A DNA stretch of 64,000 nucleotides. Origin: Steroidobacteraceae bacterium (lineage in GTDB: Bacteria; Pseudomonadota; Gammaproteobacteria; Steroidobacterales; Steroidobacteraceae). The notes under the pieces were generated by a model that saw only the letters and a program-made list of their open reading frames with translations, did no database searches and was not told where the DNA came from. Made by a program: the position numbers and the translations under genes. This document shows positions 7,867 to 16,922 of the stretch, one piece after another (position 1 is the stretch's first letter; each line of letters starts with the position of its first letter). The DNA is taken from assembly GCA_050738795.1 (NCBI GenBank), contig JBOIAD010000113.1:131-64130 (forward strand). Direction: 5' to 3'.

Positions 7867-10074
7867 CTAGTACAGCTCGATCGGGTCCACGTCCAGCGCC
7901 CAGCGCACTCGCCGCGCGCTTTGCAGCTGCTCCACTTCCGGCAGCCACGCATCCAGAAAGCGATGCAGGGCACCGCGCTCCGGGCTTTCGATCAGCAGTT
8001 GGGCGTGATAGCGGCCGGCTCGCCTGGCCATGGCGGCCGGGACCGGGCCTAGAAGCTTCACCTCGCGAGGAGGCTTTGCGAGCCCGCGGGCGTCGGCCAG
8101 AAACGCCAGCGCCGCATCGGCCGTTTTGGCAGAATCCCGTACCGCCGCAAGGCGGCTGAATGGCGGCCACGCCGCCTGGGCACGCTCGGCGAGGGCGGTG
8201 CGTGCGAAGCCGTCATAGCCTTCGGTCAGCAGACTCTGCAACAAGGGGTGGGTCGGGAATTCGGTCTGGATCAGCACCTCGCCGGGGCGCGTTCCGCGCC
8301 CGGCGCGCCCTGCGACCTGCACGATCGTTTGCGCCAGCCGCTCGGGCGCCCGGAAGTCCGTGCTGAACAGACCCTGGTCGGCATTCAACACGACGACGAG
8401 TGTCACGTTGGGGAAGTCATGGCCCTTGGTGACCATCTGCGTGCCGATCAGAATGCGCGCCTCGCCGGAGGCCATGCGGCGCATGGCGGTCTCCATGTCG
8501 CCCCGCTTTCGGACCACATCCCGATCCAACCGGACGAGTGCCACACCGGGGAACAGTGCCGCCAGCGCTTCCTCGATGCGCTCTGTTCCCTGTCCGACGG
8601 TCTTTGTGGCAAACCCACATTGCGGGCATCGCGCAGGGAGCGGCGCGTCCGCTCCGCAATGGTGGCATCTAAGCCGGCCCGCGCTGAGGTGTACGGTCAG
8701 TCTTGCGTCGCATTCGGCGCACGGCGCAACCCAACCACAGGCGGTGCAGAGCAGCGTTGGCGCATAACCGCGCCGGTTGAGAAACACGAGTGCCTGGCCA
8801 TCCTCCTGCAGGTGCCGTTCCATTGCCTGCACGGCCGGCGTCGAGATTCCCGCCTGAACCGCACTCGCGCGCAGGTCAACCAGGGCCATTCGCGGCGGCA
8901 CCGCCTGCTCGGTCCGGCGCGAAAGAGACAAGCGGACGTAGCGGCCGGTCGTCACGTTGTGCAGAGTCTCCAATGCCGGCGTAGCAGAGCCGAGTAACAC
9001 TGGAACGTTTGCGCGTTGTGCCCGCACGACGGCCAGATCGCGCGCGGAGTAGCGGAAGCCTCCTTCGTGCTGCTTGAAAGATGCGTCATGCTCTTCATCG
9101 ACGATGATGATGCCGAGATCGGCCATTGGCGCGAAGATGGCCGAGCGCGTGCCCAGAACGATCCTGGCGCGGCCGCTGAATGCTTCGCGCCAAGCGAGCA
9201 GGCGTTCGTGATCGGTCAGCGCCGAATGCAAGACCGTCATCGGGGCATCGAACCGCTCGCGAAAGCGGCCGACGAGCTGGGGAGTCAGCCCGATCTCCGG
9301 CACCAGCACAAGGGAGCGGCGCCCCAACGATAGAACGCGCTCTGTAAGCCGCAAGTACACCTCAGTCTTGCCGCTCCCGGTCACCCCATGCAGCACGAAC
9401 GCGCCAAAGCGCCCCAGCGATTCGGCGACGGCATGCACGGCGATCTTCTGGTCTTCGGCAAGTGGGGGGCCGGCAACCCGCACTCCGATGGGCTCATTCG
9501 CGGTTGCCGGGGTGATGTCCCGCGATGTGATCCAGCCACGTGCGGCCAATGAGCGCGCGGCGTCCCGCCAATTGGGCATGTGCACGCTCAGAGTATCCGT
9601 GGCAAGACTGTCGTGCTGAACGAGATGCTCGAGCAATTGCCTTTGTTTTGGAGCGCGTCGCGGCTCGCCTCGCGCGCAGGCTTCCTGCCCGGTCCCGGTT
9701 GCGCTCCAGTGCTCCTCGGTCGCACTGGCGCTTGCACCCAATCGAAGCGCCTTGGGCACGGCGGCGGAAACGACCTCACCGGCCGGATGGTGGTAGTACT
9801 CCGCCGCCCAGCGCAGTAGCCCGAGCGCGGCGGGGTCGAGAATGGGCCGGGAATCCAGGATCTCCAGGATCGCTTTCAGGCGCTCGGGAGGCAGGTCTGA
9901 CGAGTCCGCGACCTCCATGACCATGCCGACCAGCCGTTGCCGGCCGAAGGGTACGCGAACGCGAGTTCCGGGCTTGATGCACGCATGGTCGGGCGCCGCA
10001 GCGGCGGTCCCGGGCGGCAAATAGTCGAACAGGCGCCGCAGCGGCGTGTCGAGCGCAACGCGAAGGACCGTCAT
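7867..10074 (-). CDS. priA: Primosomal protein N' (replication restart helicase)
   Basis: Conserved N-terminus MTVLRVALDTPLRRLFDYLPP at ATG 10074. Walker A: HGVTGSGKTEVY. DEEH box. Cys-rich zinc region: CTACGW...CAECD...CHHCG...CPQCG. The track ORF is over-extended to 10722. Confidence 0.93.
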   Translation of the reverse strand: MTVLRVALDTPLRRLFDYLPPGTAAAAPDHACIKPGTRVRVPFGRQRLVGMVMEVADSSDLPPERLKAILEILDSRPILDPAALGLLRWAAEYYHHPAGEVVSAAVPKALRLGASASATEEHWSATGTGQEACARGEPRRAPKQRQLLEHLVQHDSLATDTLSVHMPNWRDAARSLAARGWITSRDITPATANEPIGVRVAGPPLAEDQKIAVHAVAESLGRFGAFVLHGVTGSGKTEVYLRLTERVLSLGRRSLVLVPEIGLTPQLVGRFRERFDAPMTVLHSALTDHERLLAWREAFSGRARIVLGTRSAIFAPMADLGIIIVDEEHDASFKQHEGGFRYSARDLAVVRAQRANVPVLLGSATPALETLHNVTTGRYVRLSLSRRTEQAVPPRMALVDLRASAVQAGISTPAVQAMERHLQEDGQALVFLNRRGYAPTLLCTACGWVAPCAECDARLTVHLSAGRLRCHHCGADAPLPARCPQCGFATKTVGQGTERIEEALAALFPGVALVRLDRDVVRKRGDMETAMRRMASGEARILIGTQMVTKGHDFPNVTLVVVLNADQGLFSTDFRAPERLAQTIVQVAGRAGRGTRPGEVLIQTEFPTHPLLQSLLTEGYDGFARTALAERAQAAWPPFSRLAAVRDSAKTADAALAFLADARGLAKPPREVKLLGPVPAAMARRAGRYHAQLLIESPERGALHRFLDAWLPEVEQLQSARRVRWALDVDPIELY

Positions 10075-10185
10075 GGGGTATTCTAAATCAATGGCTTGCG
10101 CTGGCCGCGCGGAGTCAACCAGGTCCGGCGCACGCGCGTTATACATCGCATGTCTGGGTTTGCTACGCTCGCGCCGCCTTATAGC

Positions 10186-10776
10186 ATGCCGTCGGCAACA
10201 TACGGCGACGTGGAACTGTCGGATTCGACTACAAATACCCAATCTCGTGCGCTGAACCAGTTTCTGGCCGGCGTCGAGCTGAAGGCATTCAAGATTGCCC
10301 AGGCGGCGCTGCGCCACGAGGACGACGCGCTCGATGCTGTGCAGGATGCGATGCTTCAGCTTGCGCGCGCGTATGCCGGCAGGCCGGCAGAAGAATGGAA
10401 GCCGCTGTTCTATCGCATCCTCGAGAACCGGATTCGGGACATCCAGCGCCGCCGGACGGTGCGCGGCCGTGTGATTTCCTGGCTGCCGTACCGGGGCGAC
10501 GATGACGAGGATGAGCTGGATCCGATAGCGCAGGCGCCCAGCGCCGACCCACAGCCACCGCGCCGTCTGGAGATAGCGGAGGCGATGGGAGCCCTGGATC
10601 GTGCACTCGAGGCGCTGCCCCGGCGGCAGCAACAGGTGTTCATGCTCCGCACGCTCGAAGGGCTCGACGTGGCGCAGACGGCGACGGCGATGGGCTGCTC
10701 GCAGGGCAGCGTGAAAACACATTATTTTCGCGCGCTGCAGACACTTCGCGCGCGACTCGGAGAGTTCTGGACATGA
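10186..10776 (+). CDS. ECF-type RNA polymerase sigma factor
   Basis: Sigma70 region 2: DDALDAVQDAMLQLARAYAG...WKPLFYRILENRIRDIQRRR. Region 4: LPRRQQQVFMLRTLEGLDVAQTATAMGCSQGSVKTHYFRALQTLR. ATG at 10186; alternative upstream starts exist back to 10096. Confidence 0.88.
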   Translation: MPSATYGDVELSDSTTNTQSRALNQFLAGVELKAFKIAQAALRHEDDALDAVQDAMLQLARAYAGRPAEEWKPLFYRILENRIRDIQRRRTVRGRVISWLPYRGDDDEDELDPIAQAPSADPQPPRRLEIAEAMGALDRALEALPRRQQQVFMLRTLEGLDVAQTATAMGCSQGSVKTHYFRALQTLRARLGEFWT

Positions 10777-11174
10777 GTCCGATCGAGGAATTGCCGGGCA
10801 GGTTCGAGCAGCAGGTGCGGGACGTGCTCGAAGACAGCGTGACGCGTATCGACGGCCGGATCCGGTCGCGCCTGAATCAGGCGCGGCACGCCGCAGTTGC
10901 GGAAGCGGCGCGCCGCCGCCCGATATTCTGGCGACGCTTCGTGCTGATGCCTGCTGCAGGAGCGGTAGCCGCGGCAGTGCTCGTAGCTTTCATCCTCTGG
11001 CCACATTCGCCGCAGATGGAGCTGCCGGTCGCCGAGGGTGGCCATGCCACAGTCGAGGATCTGGATTTACTGGCGGATGGCGATGGGCTCGATCTGGTCT
11101 CCTCCGAGGAGTCGGACGGGTCGTTTTTTGAATGGGCGGTGGAGCAGACGGATTCGAGTGAGACGAGCACCTGA
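10773..11174 (+). CDS. DUF3619-like single-pass membrane protein, putative anti-sigma partner of the upstream ECF sigma
   Basis: ATGA start/stop overlap with the sigma gene. N-terminal amphipathic region, then a TM helix (FVLMPAAGAVAAAVLVAFILW) and an acidic C-terminus. Resembles the DUF3619 proteins that follow this ECF sigma type in beta/gamma-proteobacteria (from memory; needs an HMM check). Confidence 0.7.
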   Translation: MSPIEELPGRFEQQVRDVLEDSVTRIDGRIRSRLNQARHAAVAEAARRRPIFWRRFVLMPAAGAVAAAVLVAFILWPHSPQMELPVAEGGHATVEDLDLLADGDGLDLVSSEESDGSFFEWAVEQTDSSETST

Positions 11175-11491
11175 TGCGCAGTCGTTGTGTCCGCCTCGTG
11201 CTGACGCTGGCAGCCCTGACGTCCGGGTGTGCGGTCGTGCTCGCGGACAACAAGGCGCCCGATTCGACAGCGGACGCTGAATTGCTGGAATTTCTCGGCA
11301 GCGTGGATTCGGGTGCGGATTCACAGGCGGCCGCGCAGGCGGCCGCGGACGATGAAGGCTGGATCGATTACCTGTCGCAGACGGATATCGACGGGGTTGC
11401 CAAAACAGCCGACCCGGGCGGGCCGGCGCGGGCGAAGCAGGTCGCGACGGGGACACCACCTCCGGCGGCCGGAGATAAAAAAGATGAGTAA
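11174..11491 (+). CDS. Small acidic lipoprotein, hypothetical
   Basis: Start overlaps the upstream stop (TGATG). Signal peptide plus lipobox: LAALTSGC. GC3-biased frame. Sits between the DUF3619-like and DUF3106-like genes. Confidence 0.6.
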   Translation: MRSRCVRLVLTLAALTSGCAVVLADNKAPDSTADAELLEFLGSVDSGADSQAAAQAAADDEGWIDYLSQTDIDGVAKTADPGGPARAKQVATGTPPPAAGDKKDE

Positions 11492-12092
11492 GGGGCAATC
11501 CCTCGTACTGGTCGGGCTGCTGGCGGCGGCCACGCCGGCATTGGCGCAACAGGAAACGCCGCCGCAGCCCATTGCACCGCCGGCAGCCCAGGCGCCTTCC
11601 CAGGGCCAGGCGCCCTCCCAGGGCCAGGCGCCCTCCCAGGGCCAGGCGCCCTCCCACGGCGTTCCCTGGTCGAGCCTTTCCGCGGATCAGCAACGGCTGT
11701 TGGGACGTTTCGGCAACGACTGGAATACGCTGCCGCCGGAGCGTCAGCAGGCACTCGCGCGCGGCAGTGATCGATGGCTGGGCATGTCGCCGGAACAGCG
11801 TGAGCGCGCTCAGCGGCGCTTCCAGCGATGGCATTCCCTGCCCCCGGACCAGCGGCGCGCGCTGCGCGATCGCTGGGAGAGATTTCAGTCGCTGCCGCCC
11901 AATGAGCAGGCAGCCGTCCGACAGAATTTCCGTAGATTTCAGCGGTTACCGCTGGACAAGCGCAGGGATCTGCGCGAGCAATGGCGCAATGCCTCGCCCG
12001 CGCAGCGGCAGCACATGATTCAAGAGGTGCGCGAGCATCGGATGAGGCGCATGCAGATGCACGCGCCGCCCCCGCGGCACCCTCGTCATTGA
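11484..12092 (+). CDS. DUF3106-like secreted repeat protein
   Basis: ATG at 11484, overlapping the upstream gene by 8 nt. Signal peptide: LVLVGLLAAATPALAQQ. Contains four QAPS(Q/H)G repeats, then iterated modules such as RAQRRFQRWHSLPPDQRRALRDRWERFQSLPPNEQAAVRQNFRRFQRLPLDKRRDL. Confidence 0.75.
   Translation: MSKGQSLVLVGLLAAATPALAQQETPPQPIAPPAAQAPSQGQAPSQGQAPSQGQAPSHGVPWSSLSADQQRLLGRFGNDWNTLPPERQQALARGSDRWLGMSPEQRERAQRRFQRWHSLPPDQRRALRDRWERFQSLPPNEQAAVRQNFRRFQRLPLDKRRDLREQWRNASPAQRQHMIQEVREHRMRRMQMHAPPPRHPRH
11589..11660 (+). repeat. In-frame 18-bp tandem repeat x4 (CAGGCGCCYTCCCAGGGC) encoding QAPSQG
   Basis: Units at 11589, 11607, 11625 and 11643. The last unit has one mismatch (CACGGC). 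Confidence 0.9.
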
Positions 12093-12169
12093 AGCCAACA
12101 CACCGCGGATAACATCGCCGCGCTGCGGCGCAGAGCACATGGAGACATGGGCCGCAGCCCAGGGGAGTG

Positions 12170-13177
12170 TCATTTGGCCGTTGACGTGACCTTTGGACGC
12201 GTCACCAAGGGCACGTTGCAGACGTCGACATGGCCCGCTGGTACCTTGAACCACTCTTCGCGCCGGTTGCGGCGCGCTTCAACGAATGCCGCGAACGTCG
12301 GCGTATCGGTGCGCAACACTTCCAACTCGGTACGTTGCGCCTCGGGCAGGTCCGAGGCGACGCGTACAGACTTGATGGGAACCCTCTGCTCGGGCTTTTC
12401 GTAAAATCCCAGCGGCCCGCTTCCCCGCGGCAGAGTCGAAAGCCATTCCATTCCCTGCACGACGCGTCCGACCAGCGTCACGTTTCGGTCGAGGTGACGA
12501 GGAGCCTGCCCGGTGACGACATACAATTCGGTGCCGCCGCCACTGTCCACGTCGTTGTCGCGGCCGGCGCCGACCATCCCGTAACAGTGCACGAGCCAGG
12601 CCCGGCCGAACTTTGGATCGACTGCGGCAGGGAAGCCGTCCGAAAATCCAACCTCGGGTGCGTAGGTGTCGGGATCGGGAAGCGGGGTGAATGGTACGCC
12701 CCGCGAGGCGCGCTCGAATTCCGCGGCCAGCGTCCGTTGCGCGTTCTTGATCGGCCGCTTTCCATCCGGATCCGCCCACTGAACGACGTAGTTGTCCTGT
12801 GAGCGGACGATCGCGAGGCCGTCGTAATAACCTTCGCGTGCAAGGGCCTCTATGTTCGCCGCGTGGTGCGGCGCGAACACGGGGTCGAGCTCGATGATCA
12901 CTCGGCCCGCCGGAAGCTCGACATACAGCGTGTTCCGCAAATCCAGCGGCCTCCAATCGGACGCTGCGGAGCCCGCAATCACGTCGGCTGATGTGAGTGG
13001 CCTGCGGGCGTTGTTGGCGGCAGCACCGGCGGAAGACGGCGTCTTGGCTGCCGGCTTGGGCGGTGCCGCGGGACTTGCCGCTGGACTTGCCGCGAGGAGT
13101 GTCGCCGCCAGTAGCCATGGGGGCTGGACAATGGCCAATACGGCAGCGAACCGCGACTGGCTCCAGAATCTTCTCAT
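12170..13177 (-). CDS. Secreted cyclophilin-type peptidyl-prolyl cis-trans isomerase
   Basis: Signal peptide: [17 protein letters not shown]...LLAAS. Cyclophilin-like core: [48 protein letters not shown]...[24 protein letters not shown] at 13177. Confidence 0.85.
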   Translation of the reverse strand: MRRFWSQSRFAAVLAIVQPPWLLAATLLAASPAASPAAPPKPAAKTPSSAGAAANNARRPLTSADVIAGSAASDWRPLDLRNTLYVELPAGRVIIELDPVFAPHHAANIEALAREGYYDGLAIVRSQDNYVVQWADPDGKRPIKNAQRTLAAEFERASRGVPFTPLPDPDTYAPEVGFSDGFPAAVDPKFGRAWLVHCYGMVGAGRDNDVDSGGGTELYVVTGQAPRHLDRNVTLVGRVVQGMEWLSTLPRGSGPLGFYEKPEQRVPIKSVRVASDLPEAQRTELEVLRTDTPTFAAFVEARRNRREEWFKVPAGHVDVCNVPLVTRPKVTSTAK

Positions 13178-13225
13178 GCTGGTACCTCTGCACATGGCAC
13201 TCACGCGCATGCGGGCCGGCGAAGG

Positions 13226-14611
13226 TCAATCGACCGCTTTGATGGCCTGAATGAGCTCCGCGCCGGCTTTCTGCGCATCGCCGTACAGCATGCGCGTGTT
13301 GTCGAGATAGAACAGCGCGTTCTCGATCCCCGAGAACCCGGCGCCCTTGCCACGCTTGATGACGACGACGTTCCTGGCCTTGTCGGCATTCAGAATCGGC
13401 ATTCCATAGATCGGGCTCGACTTGTCCGTGCGCGCCACCGGGTTGACCACGTCATTCGCGCCGATGATCAGCGCTACGTCCGCGGTGTCAAATTCTGAAT
13501 TGATCTCGTCCAGATCGGCGATGAGATCATACGGTACGCCCGCCTCCGCGAGCAGCACGTTCATGTGCCCCGGCATGCGCCCCGCCACCGGGTGAATGGC
13601 GAATTTCACGGTCACCCCCCGATCGATCAGCAGTTGGCACAGCTCCCAGATCTTGTGCTGCGCCTGGGCTACGGCCATGCCGTAGCCCGGCACGACGATC
13701 ACCTTTTGCGCAAAGGCCATCATGACGCCGACGTCCGCCGCCTCGATGGGCTTGAGGCTGCCGGTCACCTCGCCGGTGGCGGCGGCGCCGGTATCGCCGA
13801 ATCCGGAGAACAGCACGTTGCCCAGCGACCGGTTCATGGCCCGTGCCATCAATTGCGTCAGCAGGGTTCCGGCCGAGCCGACGACCGTGCCGGCGATGAT
13901 CATTGCGGCGTTGTTGAGCACGAACCCTTCGAACGCCACCGCAAGTCCGGTGAGCGCGTTGTAGAGGGAAATCACGACCGGCATGTCGGCGCCGCCGATC
14001 GGCAGCGTCATCGTGAGTCCGAGCAGCAAGGCCAGTACGAAGAAAGCCGTGACCACGGTGGGCGAGGCATTGAAGTGAAACGCGACCAGAGCGCCCAGCA
14101 GCAACGCGGCCGCGAGCAGGATCAGATTGAATACCTGCTGCCCGGAGAAGCGCACGCTGCGGGTGATGAGCCCCTGCAGCTTGCCGAAGGCGATCGCGCT
14201 GCCGCTGAAGGAGACCGCGCCGATAATGCCGCCGACTGCCGCGAGCGCCGAAATCGCATAACTCCGACTCTCTCCGCGGTAGAGCTCCACTGCGGCGATC
14301 GCCGCCGCTGCGCCGCCGCCCATCCCGTTGTACAGAGCGATCATCTGCGGCATGTCGGTCATCGCCACTCGCTTGCCGCTCCACCACGCCAGGCCTCCGC
14401 CCACGACGATGGCGGCGCCGATGAGCGGGTAGTTGGTCATCGCCGGGTAGAAAAACGTGACCAGCGTCGCGACCAGCATGCCGGCACCCGCCCACAAAAT
14501 GCCGCTGCGGGCCGTGACCGGCGAGCTCATGCGCTTGAGCCCCAGGATGAACAGGGCCGCCGTGACGAAATAACTCCCCTGGATCAGGGTATCCGCATCG
14601 ATGAGCGGCAT
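13226..14611 (-). CDS. pntB: NAD(P) transhydrogenase subunit beta
   Basis: Multi-TM N-terminal half plus a dIII NADP(H)-binding domain: VIVVPGYGMAVAQAQH...HPVAGRMPGHMNVLLAEA...GANDVVNP. Confidence 0.95.
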   Translation of the reverse strand: MPLIDADTLIQGSYFVTAALFILGLKRMSSPVTARSGILWAGAGMLVATLVTFFYPAMTNYPLIGAAIVVGGGLAWWSGKRVAMTDMPQMIALYNGMGGGAAAAIAAVELYRGESRSYAISALAAVGGIIGAVSFSGSAIAFGKLQGLITRSVRFSGQQVFNLILLAAALLLGALVAFHFNASPTVVTAFFVLALLLGLTMTLPIGGADMPVVISLYNALTGLAVAFEGFVLNNAAMIIAGTVVGSAGTLLTQLMARAMNRSLGNVLFSGFGDTGAAATGEVTGSLKPIEAADVGVMMAFAQKVIVVPGYGMAVAQAQHKIWELCQLLIDRGVTVKFAIHPVAGRMPGHMNVLLAEAGVPYDLIADLDEINSEFDTADVALIIGANDVVNPVARTDKSSPIYGMPILNADKARNVVVIKRGKGAGFSGIENALFYLDNTRMLYGDAQKAGAELIQAIKAVD

Positions 14612-14925
14612 CAGTGCACCCTCGGTCCCGTTCCCTGGCTGCGGCGCGCGCCGCTCGACTTGAACATCTCGAGCATTCGCTCCGTGACGACATAGCCGCC
14701 GACCGCGTTGCCCGCCGCGAGCAGCACGCCGATGAACCCGATGGTCTTTTCGAGAGTCGTGTGCGCTCCGCCGAGCGCGACCATGGCACCGACGAGCACG
14801 ATGCCATGGACAAAGTTGGATCCCGACATCAGCGGCGTGTGCAGGATGACCGGCACGCGGGAGATGACCTCGTAGCCGGTGAAGGCGGCGAGCATGAAAA
14901 TGTAAAGAGCAACGATACCCGTCAT
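14611..14925 (-). CDS. pntAB: NAD(P) transhydrogenase subunit alpha, part 2 (membrane part)
   Basis: 104-aa three-TM protein: LYIFMLAAFTGYEVISRVPVILHTPLMSGSNFVHGIVLVGA. Start/stop junction with pntB at 14611. Confidence 0.9.
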   Translation of the reverse strand: MTGIVALYIFMLAAFTGYEVISRVPVILHTPLMSGSNFVHGIVLVGAMVALGGAHTTLEKTIGFIGVLLAAGNAVGGYVVTERMLEMFKSSGARRSQGTGPRVH

Positions 14926-15003
14926 GTGCGGAACCTCCCCGCGGTTTGCATCAACCCGTGATCGTCCGGGCCATGGAGCCGTACACGTGCGACCCTTGCC
15001 CCG

Positions 15004-16128
15004 TCAGCCTTCGATTGCCTTGCGCGTGGCCTCATGCCTGAGCTCGCCTCCATGCGTAAGGCACGACTGCGCGAAGACCTCATCGTTCCAGTCGATTGCA
15101 AGCTCGCCTTTGCTGATGGCGGGCTTGAGAAAATTGAGGAGATTGCGCGCGTACATCTCGCTCGCGTTGTAGCCGAGAGCGGCGGGCAGATTGACCGCCC
15201 CGATGATCTGTACGCCGTGATGCTCGACGACTTCGCCGGCACGGGTGAGCTCGCAGTTGCCTCCCTGTTCGGCGGCGACGTCCACGATGACCGACCCCGG
15301 TCTCATCCGCTCCACGGCAGCGCGCGAGATGATCTTGGGTGCCGGACGCCCCGGCACGGACGCGGTGGTCACGACCGCGTCAGCCGCCGCGATGCGCGAG
15401 TCCAGCACTTCCTGCTGCTTGCGCTTCTCCTCGTCCGTCAACTCCCGCGCATAACCGCCAGCCGCATCGGCGCTCACGCCGGTGTCAACAAATTTCGCGC
15501 CGAGAGACTTCACCTGCTCCTTCGTCGCTCCGCGCACGTCGTACGCTTCCACGACGGCACCCAGCCGCCTTGCCGTCGCGATTGCCTGCAGGCCGGCCAC
15601 GCCGGCGCCGATAACGAGTACCATCGCAGGGCGGATGGTGCCCGCAGCCGTAGTCAGCATCGGAAGGAATTTCTGCAAGTGGTTGGCTGCGATCAGTACC
15701 GCCTTGTAGCCGGCGATGGCCGCCTGCGATGAGAGCGCATCCATCGACTGCGCGCGTGAGATGCGAGGCACGAATTCCATCGCGAAGCTCGTGATGCCAC
15801 GCTCTTTCAGCGCCTTGACCTCCGCCTGGCGCAGGTAGGCCTGCATGTGGCCGATCACCACGGTCCCCGTTTTCAGGTGCTGAATCTGCTCGATCGACAG
15901 GGGCTGGACGGTCAGAATGACCTCGGACTGCTCGAGGACCGCCGTCGGAGTATCTGCCCACGCCACGTTCTTGAAAGCGGCGTCGGGGAACTGAGCGCGC
16001 GTTCCAGCGCCCCGCTCGATGAGCACCCGGGCGCCGGTCTGGGCAAATTTGTCAGCCACCTCGGGTACCAGGCTGACGCGCGTTTCTTGGGGCGCGCGCT
16101 CACGGAGCGCGCCGATCGTGACTGGCAT
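15004..16128 (-). CDS. pntAA: NAD(P) transhydrogenase subunit alpha, part 1 (dI, NAD(H)-binding)
   Basis: Alanine-dehydrogenase/PNT fold. Rossmann motif: VLVIGAGVAGLQAIATARRLGA. N-terminus: ETRVSLVPE. Confidence 0.95.
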   Translation of the reverse strand: MPVTIGALRERAPQETRVSLVPEVADKFAQTGARVLIERGAGTRAQFPDAAFKNVAWADTPTAVLEQSEVILTVQPLSIEQIQHLKTGTVVIGHMQAYLRQAEVKALKERGITSFAMEFVPRISRAQSMDALSSQAAIAGYKAVLIAANHLQKFLPMLTTAAGTIRPAMVLVIGAGVAGLQAIATARRLGAVVEAYDVRGATKEQVKSLGAKFVDTGVSADAAGGYARELTDEEKRKQQEVLDSRIAAADAVVTTASVPGRPAPKIISRAAVERMRPGSVIVDVAAEQGGNCELTRAGEVVEHHGVQIIGAVNLPAALGYNASEMYARNLLNFLKPAISKGELAIDWNDEVFAQSCLTHGGELRHEATRKAIEG

Positions 16129-16246
16129 GCAGGGCCCTCGAACGTGCTGGGCGTGGCCTGCCGGCCACGCGTTTGGAAATCCTCAAGCGAATTAAGCGGT
16201 TGCAACGTTGAATTCTTGCACAAATCTGCTTTATCTTACAGCGGCC

Positions 16247-16921
16247 ATGCTAGGCATAGATCTCGACAGCGCCGACCACGGCCACCAGGATGACCTGCGC
16301 ATCGTCGCGACCTTCGCGGCGCGCGGGCTCTCGCAACTTGTCCTGCGTACGGACGTGGCCGGTATGCCGCTCGAGTGGATCGACTATAAGGAAGCCGCGC
16401 GACTGTACCATCAGGAGCAGGTCGCTTATACGTGTGGCTCGCCGCTCTACACGCTATACGGCGGTGTGAACGCTGCAAGCGGACTGCGCACGGTGCTCGA
16501 GGTCAACTCGATCGTGGCCACCGTCGGGCACACGGGTAACCCCGGCAACACGCGCCACGACTATGTCCCGCCGCTCAACAACCAAACGCTGTTCCGGCGG
16601 GACGCTTACCTGTGTATGTACTGCGGAATGCGCTTTCCGTCGCGGGAGCTGTCGCGCGATCACATCAGGCCATTCAGTCAGGGTGGCATCGACATCTGGA
16701 CGAACGTCGTGACGGCGTGCCGCCGCTGCAATAACCAGAAGGCATCGCGCACTCCGGAGCAGTCGAAGATGCAACTGATCGCCGTTCCGTTCACTCCGAC
16801 CTATGCGGAATATATTTTCCTCAAGGGCCGGCGCGTGCTTGCGGACCAGATGGAATACCTGCTTGCCCATTTCCCGCGGTCGAGCCCGCTGCACGACCGC
16901 ATCCAGCGCTGGCTGTCGTGA
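16247..16921 (+). CDS. HNH endonuclease-domain protein
   Basis: Zinc/HNH signature: CMYCG...SRDHIRPFSQGGIDIWTNVVTACRRCNNQK. ATG at 16247; an upstream TTG at 16208 is possible. Preceded by the most AT-rich stretch in the window (16190-16245). Confidence 0.85.
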   Translation: MLGIDLDSADHGHQDDLRIVATFAARGLSQLVLRTDVAGMPLEWIDYKEAARLYHQEQVAYTCGSPLYTLYGGVNAASGLRTVLEVNSIVATVGHTGNPGNTRHDYVPPLNNQTLFRRDAYLCMYCGMRFPSRELSRDHIRPFSQGGIDIWTNVVTACRRCNNQKASRTPEQSKMQLIAVPFTPTYAEYIFLKGRRVLADQMEYLLAHFPRSSPLHDRIQRWLS

Positions 16922-16922
16922 T

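Noticed and set aside
10075-10722. 216-codon N-terminal extension of priA in the ORF track. Similar extensions exist for hemH (to 34371), gabD (to 35812), mtnP (to 45317), DUF924 (to 60775), acs (from 24954), M16 (from 55561) and the anti-sigma (to 18953).
   Set aside because: In each case the conserved family N-terminus begins at an internal ATG that I verified in the sequence. The extension is Arg-rich, overlaps the neighbouring gene or intergenic repeats, and would give an atypically long protein.
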